In this document: positions 51,271 through 61,060 of the stretch, piece after piece | Layout of the letters: the number at the start of each line of letters is the position of its first letter | Position numbering within the stretch: the stretch's first letter is position 1 | Source of the DNA: an uncultured delta proteobacterium | Lineage (GTDB): Bacteria > Myxococcota_A > Polyangia > Polyangiales > Houyiibacteriaceae | Reading direction: 5' to 3' | Assembly: GCA_963699755.1 (NCBI GenBank) | Contig: CAVOVB010000003.1 | Location: 704,001-768,000 of the forward strand | Length of the DNA: 64,000 bases | Notes under the pieces: generated by a model | What the model was told of the DNA's origin: nothing | Databases searched by the model: none | Seen by the model: only the letters and a program-made list of their open reading frames with translations | Position numbers and translations under genes: made by a program

Positions 51271-52527
51271 TCAATCGCAGACCAAACGAACGAGCGACTC
51301 GAGATGGGCGGTTTGCGGAAACATGTCGAAACCGATCAGATGGTCGATGTGGTAGCCTTTCTTCGTGGCGAGACGAAGATCGCGCGCCAGGGTAGCCGTG
51401 TCGCAGGAGACGTAGACAAGTCGTTTTGGACCGGGCAATAGGAGATCGTGCTCGAACAGCGCCCTGGCTCCTTGCCTTGGCGGATCGAGAACGACGACGT
51501 CGTAACGCCCCTTTGGCGGTTGGTTCGCATCGCCGACGGTGACCCGCGCCTTGAGTCCCAGGCGCTTGAGGTTGTGCTGGCACGCTTGCGCGGCGCGCGC
51601 ATCCTGTTCGACGGCGACCAAGGCCCTGGCCTGCGCTGCGAGCGCCACGGTGAAATTCCCGATTCCGCAATGGAGCTCGAGGATGCGCATCCCTTCGGGC
51701 TCCGCGAGGCGGGACACGGCCTCGACTAGCATGCCGTTGACCCGGTCATTGGCTTGCGAAAACGTGCCGCCCGGCCCTTCGAGGAAGCCGAGCTCTCCGG
51801 CCTGAATCACGACGCGCGTTTCCCCCCAGCTCGCTGGATGCTCGTCTCCGCCGGTACGCAGCGTGACGCCAGCGACGACTCGACGCTTCGATAGCGCTTC
51901 ACAAGCTTCGAAGAGCTCGGGCGATTGCGCGTCCGTAGCGTCGAGGGCGACCACGACGCGGTCGGCACTCGTGAGTTGAAGCTGAATCTCTCCCGCGCGC
52001 TGTAGCGACGAAGCCAGGCAGGTGCGGAGCTCGTTCCATGCCTCTCGCAGGGGCTCCGCGAGCACGATGCACTCTGCGATGTCGATCACGCGATTCGAAT
52101 GAAGCTGACGGTAACCAATCGTGCTCCAATGCCAGGCGAGCCGAGCCCGCCTTCGGTAGCCAAGCTCCGCGGGCGAAGCGACCCATTCGATTGTTGCGTC
52201 GTCAGCGCCGGGCAGTCCCCGGCATGCGTCCCGAAGAAAGCCCTGTTTGATCTCGCGTTGCAACGCGGGGCTCGCGATCATCAGGGGACAGCCGCCGCAG
52301 CGAGCCGCGTCGCGGCAATCGGGTTTGCGTCGTCCGGCTGCGGGGCGAAGCACGCGCGTCAGGCGGCCCCGTGCCGCCCCTCGCTTGGACGAAGTGGCGT
52401 CGATCTCCACTCGCTCGCCGGGCAAGGCTCCCGGCACCAGCACGACGCCGTTGGAGGTCTCGACAACGGCGTCGCCCCCACGGCCCACCGCGCGAACCTC
52501 GCCTTGTAGAGAGCGCTTGGAAGGCAT
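51271..52527 (-). CDS. RNA m5U methyltransferase (RlmD/TrmA family, TRAM + Fe-S)
   Basis: PGALPGE, C....CGGC Fe-S motif, FSQAN, CGIGNF, LDPPRQG, YVSC...LARD, DMFPQTAHLE. Confidence 0.9.
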   Translation of the reverse strand: MPSKRSLQGEVRAVGRGGDAVVETSNGVVLVPGALPGERVEIDATSSKRGAARGRLTRVLRPAAGRRKPDCRDAARCGGCPLMIASPALQREIKQGFLRDACRGLPGADDATIEWVASPAELGYRRRARLAWHWSTIGYRQLHSNRVIDIAECIVLAEPLREAWNELRTCLASSLQRAGEIQLQLTSADRVVVALDATDAQSPELFEACEALSKRRVVAGVTLRTGGDEHPASWGETRVVIQAGELGFLEGPGGTFSQANDRVNGMLVEAVSRLAEPEGMRILELHCGIGNFTVALAAQARALVAVEQDARAAQACQHNLKRLGLKARVTVGDANQPPKGRYDVVVLDPPRQGARALFEHDLLLPGPKRLVYVSCDTATLARDLRLATKKGYHIDHLIGFDMFPQTAHLESLVRLVCD

Positions 52528-52532
52528 CGGAA

Positions 52533-53138
52533 TCAGAAGAATTGCAAGGGCCTTCCAGCCTCGAAGAGGAAGCTGAAATCTCCATCGAGCACGGCCCTGC
52601 GCTCTTCTGGATCGTCGTGGTCGACCAGCTCGACGTTTGTGAAGACAGCTACCGTTTCCTTCGTGTCGTTGTCCAACCAGGGGACGTACAGCTCCTCGAA
52701 TCGGATCGTGCCGGAAACCGCGGCGTAGTAAACTGGGATGCGCGCGATCCCAGGACAGGTCGCATTGAGATAGAGTGTCATCTCGACCGGTGGCTCGAGA
52801 CCGCCGAACTCGATTTCAGCGCCCAGCATCGTTTCTTTGAGCGTCTGCGGATCGCGGATGAAGATCGCGATTCCGTCGCTGAAGCTTCCGAGGTCGCTGC
52901 CGCGCTGCACGATGATGTCGATGATCTCGACCGCGGTGCTCGGCTGCATCGCGAAGAAGTCCGGGTTTAGCGAGAACGGCTGTCCGTCGAGCCCGCAGTC
53001 GGGCGCCCAGACTTGGCCGACAGCGCTCCCCTCGCCACTGCCCTTCGCGCAGCCCGTCGTGAGCGGGCCCAAAGAGGCCGGAAGGATCAAGAGGCCGAGC
53101 GGGACCCACGCCCTGAGCTCACGCAATGAAACCACCAC
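52533..53138 (-). CDS. predicted lipoprotein
   Basis: Hydrophobic N-terminus ending TTG-C; fills the gap in a minus-strand operon; exact start uncertain. Confidence 0.65.
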   Translation of the reverse strand: MVVSLRELRAWVPLGLLILPASLGPLTTGCAKGSGEGSAVGQVWAPDCGLDGQPFSLNPDFFAMQPSTAVEIIDIIVQRGSDLGSFSDGIAIFIRDPQTLKETMLGAEIEFGGLEPPVEMTLYLNATCPGIARIPVYYAAVSGTIRFEELYVPWLDNDTKETVAVFTNVELVDHDDPEERRAVLDGDFSFLFEAGRPLQFF

Positions 53139-54180
53139 CGATCACCTCGTCGCCAACGTATACCACCGCCGCTTGGCCTGGTGTAATCGCGCGCTGGGGC
53201 TCCTCGAAACGCACTTCGAAGCCGTCGGCGTTTGGCATCACGTCCGCGAGCGCGCCGCGGTGGCGATACCGAATGCGAACCTCCCCTTGGAAAGTCTCCG
53301 CCGGACGGCCAGCCACCCAGTGGGCGTCGATTGCCCTGAGCTCCCTTTCATAGAGCTGCGACTCGTCACCAACCACCACCTCGGCCGTATCGGGCACGAT
53401 CCGAAGAACGTAGCGCGCGCCCCCACCTCCGAGGCCCAGGCCTCGACGTTGCCCACGCGTGAAGTTCGCCATGCCGTCATGACGGCCGAGCACCGCTCCT
53501 TCGGAATCGACGATTGCTCCCGACTTGGCTGAGCTTCCTTCCCGTTGGAGGAAGTCGCCGACGCGCCCGTCAGGCACGAAACAAAGCTCCTGTGACTCGG
53601 GCTTGTCCGCGTTCGGAACCCCGAGGCGCCTGCCCGCTTCGCGCACCTTCGATTTGCGGAGCTCCCCGAGCGGAAAGAGCAGTCGCTCGAGGGTCGACTG
53701 GGGCAGACCGAAGAGGAAATAGCTCTGATCCTTGCCGTCATCGCGGCCTCGCAAGAGACGAAGCTGACCGTCGGCCGCCCGCAGCAGGCGCGCGTAGTGC
53801 CCGGTTGCGATGTGCGTGGCGTCGAAGCGGCGGGCGACCTCCGCAAGATAGGTCAGCTTCACCGTCCGGTTGCAGCTCACGCAGGGGATCGGCGTGCGTC
53901 CCGCCTGGTACTCGCTGACAAAGGGGTGAACGACGTGCTTGCGAAACGCGTCGCGCTCATCGAGAACGTAGTGCGGGATCCCCAGATGTTCGCAGGTGCG
54001 ACGCGCGTCGTCGCGGTCTTCGGGAGCACAGCACCGGCCAACCTGTTGCGCTCCGTCGGCGTCCCACAAATGCAGCGTGACGCCTACCAGCTCGTGCCCA
54101 GCTTCATGGAGGAGGGCAGCGGCGACCGAGGAGTCCACCCCGCCGCTCATCGCGACCAGCACTCGCTTCACTTCAGACAT
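53119..54180 (-). CDS. mnmA: tRNA-specific 2-thiouridylase
   Basis: AMSGGVDSS, TPIPCVSCN, ATGHY, KDQSYFL, ESQELCF, TRGQRRGL, PGQAAV. Confidence 0.97.
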   Translation of the reverse strand: MSEVKRVLVAMSGGVDSSVAAALLHEAGHELVGVTLHLWDADGAQQVGRCCAPEDRDDARRTCEHLGIPHYVLDERDAFRKHVVHPFVSEYQAGRTPIPCVSCNRTVKLTYLAEVARRFDATHIATGHYARLLRAADGQLRLLRGRDDGKDQSYFLFGLPQSTLERLLFPLGELRKSKVREAGRRLGVPNADKPESQELCFVPDGRVGDFLQREGSSAKSGAIVDSEGAVLGRHDGMANFTRGQRRGLGLGGGGARYVLRIVPDTAEVVVGDESQLYERELRAIDAHWVAGRPAETFQGEVRIRYRHRGALADVMPNADGFEVRFEEPQRAITPGQAAVVYVGDEVIGGGFIA

Positions 54181-54355
54181 CGAAATTGCACACTGAACAA
54201 ATCAACCGTGGGTTGTTACACTTAATGGAAACCGCCGTAATTCAAAATACAACCCCATAAATTACATTTATTTCAATCATTTACATGCAAAAACGTGAAT
54301 TCGGGTGAAATCAGTATCCCGGGGGCTCAACTTTGCTTGAGGTTCTTGCAGCGGT

Positions 54356-55465
54356 CTAGCTGGGTGCTCGGGTCAGAACTCGCTCAAACGCCGCAGAAGC
54401 CAAGTCGATATCTTCTTCGCTGGTTTCGATACCTAAACTGATTCGAACCGCCGAGCCAGCCCGCCACTGCTCATCCGGATACATCGCGCGAATCACCTCA
54501 GATGGCGCCAGCAAGCCCGATGAGCAAGCGGCGCCGGTTGAAAGGCAGACGCCTTCGAGGTCGAGCGCCGCGGCTAGGAGTGGCCCCTTCCAGCGGCGGA
54601 AGCTGACGTTGGATACGGTGCCGGTTCGGGGGGCACAGCCATTGACGAGGCCTCCGAGCTCGATGAGGCGCGCCTCGATCAGGTCGCGGAGCTCGGTCAC
54701 CGCTGCCTGCCTCGTCAGGCGAGCCTCGGTGAGACCACAGGCTGCCCCGAAACCGACCATGCTCGAGGTGTCGAGCGTTCCGGGTCGGCGCCCCCGTTCC
54801 TGTGAGCCGCCGTCGAACAGCGGGTCGATGTCGAGGCCACGACGAACCCAGCAGGCGCCGGCCCCTGCGGGCCCGCCGATTTTCTGTGCTGCGAAGGCCG
54901 CCGCATCCGGTCGGAGCACGCTGATGTCGATCGGCAGCTTACCGAGCGCCTGGGTCGCGTCGACGAACAAGCGTGCCTGATGTTCGCGGCAGGCTTCAGC
55001 GTATCGCTCGATCGGAAAGATGGTGCCGGTTTCGTGATTCACCCACTGAATGGCGACGAGCGTGCCTGGGCCCAGGTGCGTTGCCAGCTCTTCGGGGCTC
55101 GGCGGTCGCCCTCGGCGTACGCCCAGCCTGACGATTTCGCGACCTTCCCGCTCGAGCCGACGCACACTTTCGGCCACCGCCGGGTGCTCGACTTCGCTGG
55201 TTACGACGCGAGTGCAGCCCGTGGCTAAGCCGCGGATTCCGAGGTTGCAGGCTTCAGTGCCACCGCCGGTTAGCACGAGGTCTGCTGCCGCGGCGCCGAT
55301 CGACTGGGCAACGCTCTGTCGCGCAAGCTCGAGTAGTCGACGCGAGGCTCGGCCAGCGGTGTGTGTGCTCGATGGGTTGGCCCAGGCGCCAACCGCAGCT
55401 TCTTCCATCGCCCGCCGAACCTCGTCGGGCATCGGCGTCGCCGCGTGGTGATCGAGGTAGATCAC
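54356..55465 (-). CDS. cysteine desulfurase (IscS/NifS family)
   Basis: YLDHHAATP, NPSS.H, NHETG, QKIGGP, STGAACSSG; adjacent to mnmA. Confidence 0.92.
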   Translation of the reverse strand: MIYLDHHAATPMPDEVRRAMEEAAVGAWANPSSTHTAGRASRRLLELARQSVAQSIGAAAADLVLTGGGTEACNLGIRGLATGCTRVVTSEVEHPAVAESVRRLEREGREIVRLGVRRGRPPSPEELATHLGPGTLVAIQWVNHETGTIFPIERYAEACREHQARLFVDATQALGKLPIDISVLRPDAAAFAAQKIGGPAGAGACWVRRGLDIDPLFDGGSQERGRRPGTLDTSSMVGFGAACGLTEARLTRQAAVTELRDLIEARLIELGGLVNGCAPRTGTVSNVSFRRWKGPLLAAALDLEGVCLSTGAACSSGLLAPSEVIRAMYPDEQWRAGSAVRISLGIETSEEDIDLASAAFERVLTRAPS

Positions 55466-56679
55466 TTCGACTGCATCTCGGGCCGTTCGGGCACGCGCCC
55501 GACCCGTAGCTCAACCAAGGTGCCTGAGAGCTGCCGCTCGGCCACCTCGCCGGCTGGCGGGCTCGAAATCTCGATACCGCCGCCAAGCGCCTCGGTCACT
55601 CGCCTCGCGAACGCCAGGCCCAAGCCAACCCCACCGTGATCGCGCGTCACCGATCCGTCGACTTGATAAAATGGCTCCAAGATCCGTGCGAGTTGCTCGG
55701 GACGAACCCCCGGACCGCTATCCGAAACGGCAAAGAGCAAGTAGTCGTCACCCTCGGGCCGAACCTCTACCGCGACCTCGCCGCCGGTCGGCGTGAACTT
55801 CGAAGCGTTGTCGAGCACGTGGGCCATCGCGCGCAATAGCTTGTCGGGATCCCCCTGGGCAGGCATCGGCTCATTTGGAATGCGCTCGACGAGTGTGACG
55901 TCTCGCTCGACGAGCTTCGAGCGAATCTGATCGAGCGCCTTGGTTGCGACTTCTCGAAAGTCATAGGGTCGCGTGTAGTAGTGCATACGCCCGGTTTCGA
56001 GCGAGCTGACATCGAGCAGAGTGTCGACGACTGAACGAAGTCGTTGCGTCGAGGTTTCGATCGAGCCCAGACACTTGCGCTGCAAGTCGGTTAGCGGCCC
56101 GAGCTCTTCGTTGAGCAGAAGGCGAAGGTAACCGACGACAGGTGTCATCGGCGTTGCAAGCTCGTGACTCACGTTCTGAAGAAACTCTCGGCGCAGCCGA
56201 GCAATGTCCTCTAGCCGTTGATTGGTTTCCGAGAGCTCGACGATCTTCTTTTCGAGACGCTCGACGATCTTCTGCGTGCGCTCGCGCAGCAATCGATCGC
56301 TCCCGTCGTCGGCCCACTCGCGATGCCCTTCGAGGAACTCGCCAATGGTTTCGGCGAAATGCGCAGCGGCGATTGGCTTGGCGATGAAGCCATCGCAGCC
56401 CACCGCCAGGGTCGAGGCCCGGTCGCCCTCGGCGGTGATCGCGACGATCGGCACATCCTGAAGCGCGGGCATCCCCCGGAGGCGCAGGGTCACTTCATAC
56501 CCGTCGAGGTCCGGAATGTTGATGTCGACCAGAACGAGGTCTGGCACGGTTTCGCGCGCGAGCCGGATGCCCTCCACGCCCCCTCGGGCCTCAATTACTT
56601 CGTGCCCGGCCGCCCCGAGCAGCTTTTGCACGAGGCGCCGGTTGTTGGGATCGTCCTCGATGTGTAGGACTCGGGCCAT
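55462..56679 (-). CDS. hybrid sensor kinase (REC-HisKA-HATPase)
   Basis: EDD, DINIPDLDG, KP; SHELATP; NASKFT, DSGPG, GVGLGL. Confidence 0.94.
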   Translation of the reverse strand: MARVLHIEDDPNNRRLVQKLLGAAGHEVIEARGGVEGIRLARETVPDLVLVDINIPDLDGYEVTLRLRGMPALQDVPIVAITAEGDRASTLAVGCDGFIAKPIAAAHFAETIGEFLEGHREWADDGSDRLLRERTQKIVERLEKKIVELSETNQRLEDIARLRREFLQNVSHELATPMTPVVGYLRLLLNEELGPLTDLQRKCLGSIETSTQRLRSVVDTLLDVSSLETGRMHYYTRPYDFREVATKALDQIRSKLVERDVTLVERIPNEPMPAQGDPDKLLRAMAHVLDNASKFTPTGGEVAVEVRPEGDDYLLFAVSDSGPGVRPEQLARILEPFYQVDGSVTRDHGGVGLGLAFARRVTEALGGGIEISSPPAGEVAERQLSGTLVELRVGRVPERPEMQSK

Positions 56680-56745
56680 TGAGGATCGATGCTAACAGCC
56701 TCCCGCACTTGCCGCACGCTGCCAGCCTGGCTAGGGATGGGGGGT

Positions 56746-58038
56746 ATGTCAGGGCGATTGGTCGATCAGCTGGTGGATGCCGGACTCGTCAACGCGGCCC
56801 AGGTCCGCGCAGGCGATTTCGGCGACCCGCTCGTGCCATCGGGCCAAGTCGTGCAGAGCCTCGTCGCCCAAGGCCTCGACGAGCGCGCTCTGGCTGGCTT
56901 CTTCGTCAGTCTCGGATTTGGTCCCATGCTTCGATCCCCCGAGCTCGCGCGCGCAGATGAAAATCTGGTTCGACGATTGCCGGGAACGCTAGCGCACGAT
57001 CTTTGTGCCATGCCCCTGCGCGCGAGCCGGGTAGGTGCTGTCGTTGCGATGGCCGACCCAAGCGACGAGCCGTCGGTGGCCAAGCTCAGAGACGCGCTCG
57101 GGGAAGCCATCTTGCCGACGGTGGCAAAGCTCTCCGATCTCCTGGAGTCAATCGACCGTGCCTACCCTCCGAAGCGGTCCCCGCTGCTCACCGACCCCTT
57201 GGCGCTTTCCCGGACGCGAAAGCAAACGCCCACCGATGCCGTGCCACTGGTTAACACAAAGCCGGCAAGCGGCACCGACGAGACCCATCGTTCGTTCGAC
57301 CCGATGTTTTCGGAGCTACCATCGAGCGCCAGCCCTGTGTGGGATCGCGCCTGGAGTCGCTCGATGCCCGAGCGCGATGTTTCGCTCACGCCTAGGGCGA
57401 ACCGCATTCCACTGCCTGGCCTCTCGACGGCTTTGACGCCGCGGGCCTTCGCACCGCCTCCGAACACCCCCCATGCCGAGGCTCCGCCTCCACTCACCAC
57501 GGACCCTAGCGAAGAATCATCGCTGCGTTGGCCTTCTACGGTTCAGCCTCCGTCAGCGTCGGACCCGGCGATCGACGCTCAGCTCGGAGAGCTTCGTCGC
57601 GTCGGATCGCGCGACGAAGTTGTGCGCCTCGCCTGTCAGGCCTGCTTGGCCGTGGCGCGGGGCGCGGCGTTCCTTGCGCTTCGCAAGGGTGTCTTTCGCG
57701 GTTGGGACGGAGCGGGAGACCAGGTGACCAGCGCAGGCATTCGGAGCCTTTGGATACCCGCGAGCAATCCCTCGATTCTCAATGAAGTCCTCCACAGCGG
57801 AAGGGTCTTCCGTGGCGGCTATGGACAAACGGCGGCCGATCATCTCTTCCGGGCAGCACTTGGCAGTCACGGTCGGGACGTCGTCGTGACGCCCGTGCTG
57901 GTCGGCACGCGGATGGTCGGCGTGCTCTGCGCCAATGAGCCGATTTCCCAGTCGGCCGCCGTGGAACGGATCGCCGAGGCGATGGGCGAGGCTTTCGAGA
58001 GGCTCATCGTGTCCCAGAAATCTGCCGCTAATCGATGA
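56746..58038 (+). CDS. hypothetical protein with T2SSE_N/MshEN-like N-terminus and GAF-like C-terminus
   Basis: RLVDQLVDAGLV..., LCAMPL...VVAMADP; Pro-rich linker; VTPVLVGTRMVGVL GAF-like strand. Confidence 0.65.
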   Translation: MSGRLVDQLVDAGLVNAAQVRAGDFGDPLVPSGQVVQSLVAQGLDERALAGFFVSLGFGPMLRSPELARADENLVRRLPGTLAHDLCAMPLRASRVGAVVAMADPSDEPSVAKLRDALGEAILPTVAKLSDLLESIDRAYPPKRSPLLTDPLALSRTRKQTPTDAVPLVNTKPASGTDETHRSFDPMFSELPSSASPVWDRAWSRSMPERDVSLTPRANRIPLPGLSTALTPRAFAPPPNTPHAEAPPPLTTDPSEESSLRWPSTVQPPSASDPAIDAQLGELRRVGSRDEVVRLACQACLAVARGAAFLALRKGVFRGWDGAGDQVTSAGIRSLWIPASNPSILNEVLHSGRVFRGGYGQTAADHLFRAALGSHGRDVVVTPVLVGTRMVGVLCANEPISQSAAVERIAEAMGEAFERLIVSQKSAANR

Positions 58039-58726
58039 AAACGGCCCCGTGGCCGGGGTCGGCAGCCTTGGCCAGGCGCAACAGGCGACGACGCTCCCGA
58101 AGGACGGACGACGCATAGCCGTTCCGTTTGTCGCAGCGTCCCGAATTGTACCAGGCCAGTCCTTTCTGTACGTCTCCGCCACAGCGGCTGACCGCCCACG
58201 TGTAGAGGCCGAGACCCGCTTCGAGCACCTCCCGCTGACATGCGCCGGGACGCCGGCTGCACTTCTTTCGGTATTGCTCATTATAGATGAATGGAACGGT
58301 CTTACCGCGGTACTTGGGGTTGAGCTGCACAACGCCGCGCGCGCCCGCAGGACTGACGGCCAGAGGGTTGAGGCCCGACTCTCGGATCGCGATGCTGGCG
58401 GTGAGGAATGGATCGACGCCTGCCCGGTTGCTCGCCTCGGTGATGAGCCGCGACAGAGTCGCGATCCGCGCGCGGCATCCGCCTTCGCTCAGGCGACAGT
58501 GCTGCACGTGGATGGGTTTCCCTTCCCGACTCTCGCGGACGATCAGGCGGGCATCGATCGCGCGCGCAAGCGCGAGCGAGCTCGGATGATCACCGAGCGC
58601 AATCCGATAGGTGTGACCTGCCTCGGCAGACATCGGCAGCTCTTCGATGAACGAGCGACCCGCTTCTGATGGCGTGTCCCACGCGCTGAGAACAATGATA
58701 CCGATGACCAATAGTGCGATTCGCAT
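58028..58726 (-). CDS. secreted lytic transglycosylase (SLT domain)
   Basis: Signal peptide; RESGLNP.AVSPAGARGVVQL; AWYNSG. Confidence 0.85.
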   Translation of the reverse strand: MRIALLVIGIIVLSAWDTPSEAGRSFIEELPMSAEAGHTYRIALGDHPSSLALARAIDARLIVRESREGKPIHVQHCRLSEGGCRARIATLSRLITEASNRAGVDPFLTASIAIRESGLNPLAVSPAGARGVVQLNPKYRGKTVPFIYNEQYRKKCSRRPGACQREVLEAGLGLYTWAVSRCGGDVQKGLAWYNSGRCDKRNGYASSVLRERRRLLRLAKAADPGHGAVFID

Positions 58727-58817
58727 GACTCGCTCCCGATAACCATCAACCGGTCGAAACGGTAGGGCATGCGCTTACCTTGCGCTACCCGCAGGTGGCG
58801 CCACTGTCTCTATTTGG

Positions 58818-60533
58818 CTACAGTTGCTCGGCTTGGGTGTCGGGTTCGGCGACGGACTCTTCGAGCTTTTTATCAGTATCTTCGGATGTTTCCGGAGCCG
58901 ATTCCCGATCTGCTTCCGGCTCGGGCGTTTCCATCTCGGAGGTTTCCAAGCTTGCCGCCTCCTGACCCGAATCACTCCAATCGGAGGATTCATCGCGGCG
59001 ACTCTCCTGGCCCTCCTCGTCGCGTCCGCCACGTCGTCGACCCCGTCGTCGGCCGCGGCGCCGCCTGTTGTTCTCCGGATCTCGGTTTTCGTCGGAGCTG
59101 GTCGCTGGTGCGCCAGTGCTTGCGCCGCTGCTGGCGCTGCGCGTCGTACCGCCACTGAGCGAGTCGAGAAGATCGACATCGAGCACTGCCAAGGGCAGCG
59201 ATGCGCGTTGTATCCCGACGCCGACTTCTTCCATCGATACCGCAAGCGCGTCCCCGTCGAACACCGCACACGGCGCGGCGCCTTCGGCATGGGCTTCCCC
59301 GAGAGTGCCCTCGCGCACCTGGCCCAAGGTGATCAGCCAGCCGATACGTGCGTGATCGAAACGATGCAGCCCGCCGCGGAGCGCCACGACGGCGTCGTTG
59401 CTGATCTGTTGGTTGCCGCGATAGATGGTGATCGCCAGCGGGGTTTCTTCCGGACCCCGGCGGAGCATGCCGGCGAGGCTGAAGTCCCCCGCATCGGCGC
59501 GGACGCCCCGAAGCGAATGGACGCCGACCGCATTGAGCCAGGTCGCCAGGAGCTCGAGCAAGGCGCCATCGGGAAGGTCACGCAGGCGCTTGACGAATGC
59601 TCGGCGGACCCCCTGGCGCTGCCTGTCGGCGGCGCGTACTGCGTCTCGCTCGGCGTTCACGGCATCACTGGGGAGGTCCCATTCGAGGAGCCCGAGGAGC
59701 CCATCCGCCTCGCGGAACCTCGGACGCCCGCCCGCCGCCCGGCGCTTGGCGTTGTCGCCCCGCACAGCGGCACCGAGGGTGGGGGCCAGGAGTGCCGGGG
59801 TCCCAGCGAGCCGGCCGCTGTCGATCAGCGCTTCGGCGACCTGGGCGAGAGTCCTCGCCCTGCGGCTGCCGCCGCGAAGGGTCGTTTCGATGGCATCCGA
59901 AAGGTCCCGACCCACGGGCTCGCCTGGTTCAGCGGCCCTGGTCGCCGGCGCCGGAGGCTCCTTGCGGGTACGGTCGCGTGGGCCCGGGCGTCGCTCAGGT
60001 CGGGCATCTGCGCTTGGTCCACCCTCGGAGTCCCGTTCACGGCGTCGGCGGGGCCGGCGCTTCCGCGGCTTGCGGGCCTCGCGCGAATCGTCATCGAGAT
60101 TCGCGAGAATCAGCTCATCGTCGTCGTCTTCCTCAGGGAAAACCTCAGCGCCTGGAAGATCTTGCGCAGGAATCCTCATCTCTTCCTCAGGCTCGGCCCC
60201 TTCCTCTTCGGTGCTGGCTTCTCCTTCGAGCGCGTCGAAGGCGTCGGGGGCGTCGGGGGCGTCGCTCTCAGGAACCGCGGTTTCCGCCTCGTCTGCGACC
60301 ACATCTTCGGAGAATTCGCGCAGGGCGAAGACCCCGGGCTTGACCTTGAGAATCGGAGCATCGCCGCGGTCCTTCTTGACCATGGTGGCGAGCCTCGAGC
60401 TCATCGTTGTTTCTGGAGTTTTCCCGACGTGCGAAAGAAGGTTCCTCTCAATCGCGATTTCGGTAATTTTCTTGTAGTGGAGGGGTTTCCCGACCGAGCG
60501 GAGAACCTCCACGGCTGCTTCCGTGAATGTCAT
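58818..60533 (-). CDS. HARE-HTH domain protein with C-terminal Mrr-like domain
   Basis: MTFTEAAVEVL....KPLHYKKITE.A....L...GKTPETTM winged helix; second similar repeat; Mrr-like pattern near the C-terminus; ATG at 60533. Confidence 0.8.
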   Translation of the reverse strand: MTFTEAAVEVLRSVGKPLHYKKITEIAIERNLLSHVGKTPETTMSSRLATMVKKDRGDAPILKVKPGVFALREFSEDVVADEAETAVPESDAPDAPDAFDALEGEASTEEEGAEPEEEMRIPAQDLPGAEVFPEEDDDDELILANLDDDSREARKPRKRRPRRRRERDSEGGPSADARPERRPGPRDRTRKEPPAPATRAAEPGEPVGRDLSDAIETTLRGGSRRARTLAQVAEALIDSGRLAGTPALLAPTLGAAVRGDNAKRRAAGGRPRFREADGLLGLLEWDLPSDAVNAERDAVRAADRQRQGVRRAFVKRLRDLPDGALLELLATWLNAVGVHSLRGVRADAGDFSLAGMLRRGPEETPLAITIYRGNQQISNDAVVALRGGLHRFDHARIGWLITLGQVREGTLGEAHAEGAAPCAVFDGDALAVSMEEVGVGIQRASLPLAVLDVDLLDSLSGGTTRSASSGASTGAPATSSDENRDPENNRRRRGRRRGRRRGGRDEEGQESRRDESSDWSDSGQEAASLETSEMETPEPEADRESAPETSEDTDKKLEESVAEPDTQAEQL

Positions 60534-60837
60534 TTTTCTGTTCGTTCCTGTCACTCCGGTGGGCGATATGAGCCGCTGCGACGGGGAGCTGGGATTCGCT
60601 CCACCCGCGCACTGTCGTGTTGCCCCGGGGGCTGTTGGACAAGCTCGTTCGCACTCCGACCGGACAAAAGCGGTTGTTGATTGGATTTGTGGGTCAGGAG
60701 ACCCGTTCGTGTCTTCTCTCGGTAACACCGAGCCCGCGGCGAGGCAACGAAACGGGCCTCGAAAGGCGACAAATCTCCCCCTCGTCCAATCGCCCGTGCA
60801 GGTCCCAGGACGGTTGCATGGCTTAATCCCTGTGGAT

Positions 60838-60866
60838 TTGACTTTGGGAGAGCCGGGGCCCATACG
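60838..60866 (+). promoter_or_regulatory. putative sigma70 promoter for ddl
   Basis: TTGACT-17 bp-CATACG. Confidence 0.35.
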
Positions 60867-61060
60867 GCGAGTTTGCGGGTAATTGGCTCTGGCCGATCGC
60901 CGCTGTTACAGGCACAAGGTCATGGGCAGGGGGGCTTTGTGTCAGATGGGCGTCGCTGCTGTGGCACGCGAGACACGAGCTCCGCAGCCTGCTCCGGCTT
61001 CTGAGGGCGAAGTGCGGTTGGCCCGCTCTTCGCATGGGTAGCGCGGCAGAGGAGAACGGA

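Noticed and set aside
54250..54277. dif-like site (CAACCCCATAA-ATTACA-TTTATTTCAAT)
   Set aside because: The XerD arm matches TTATGTTAAAT poorly; kept only as part of the AT-rich finding
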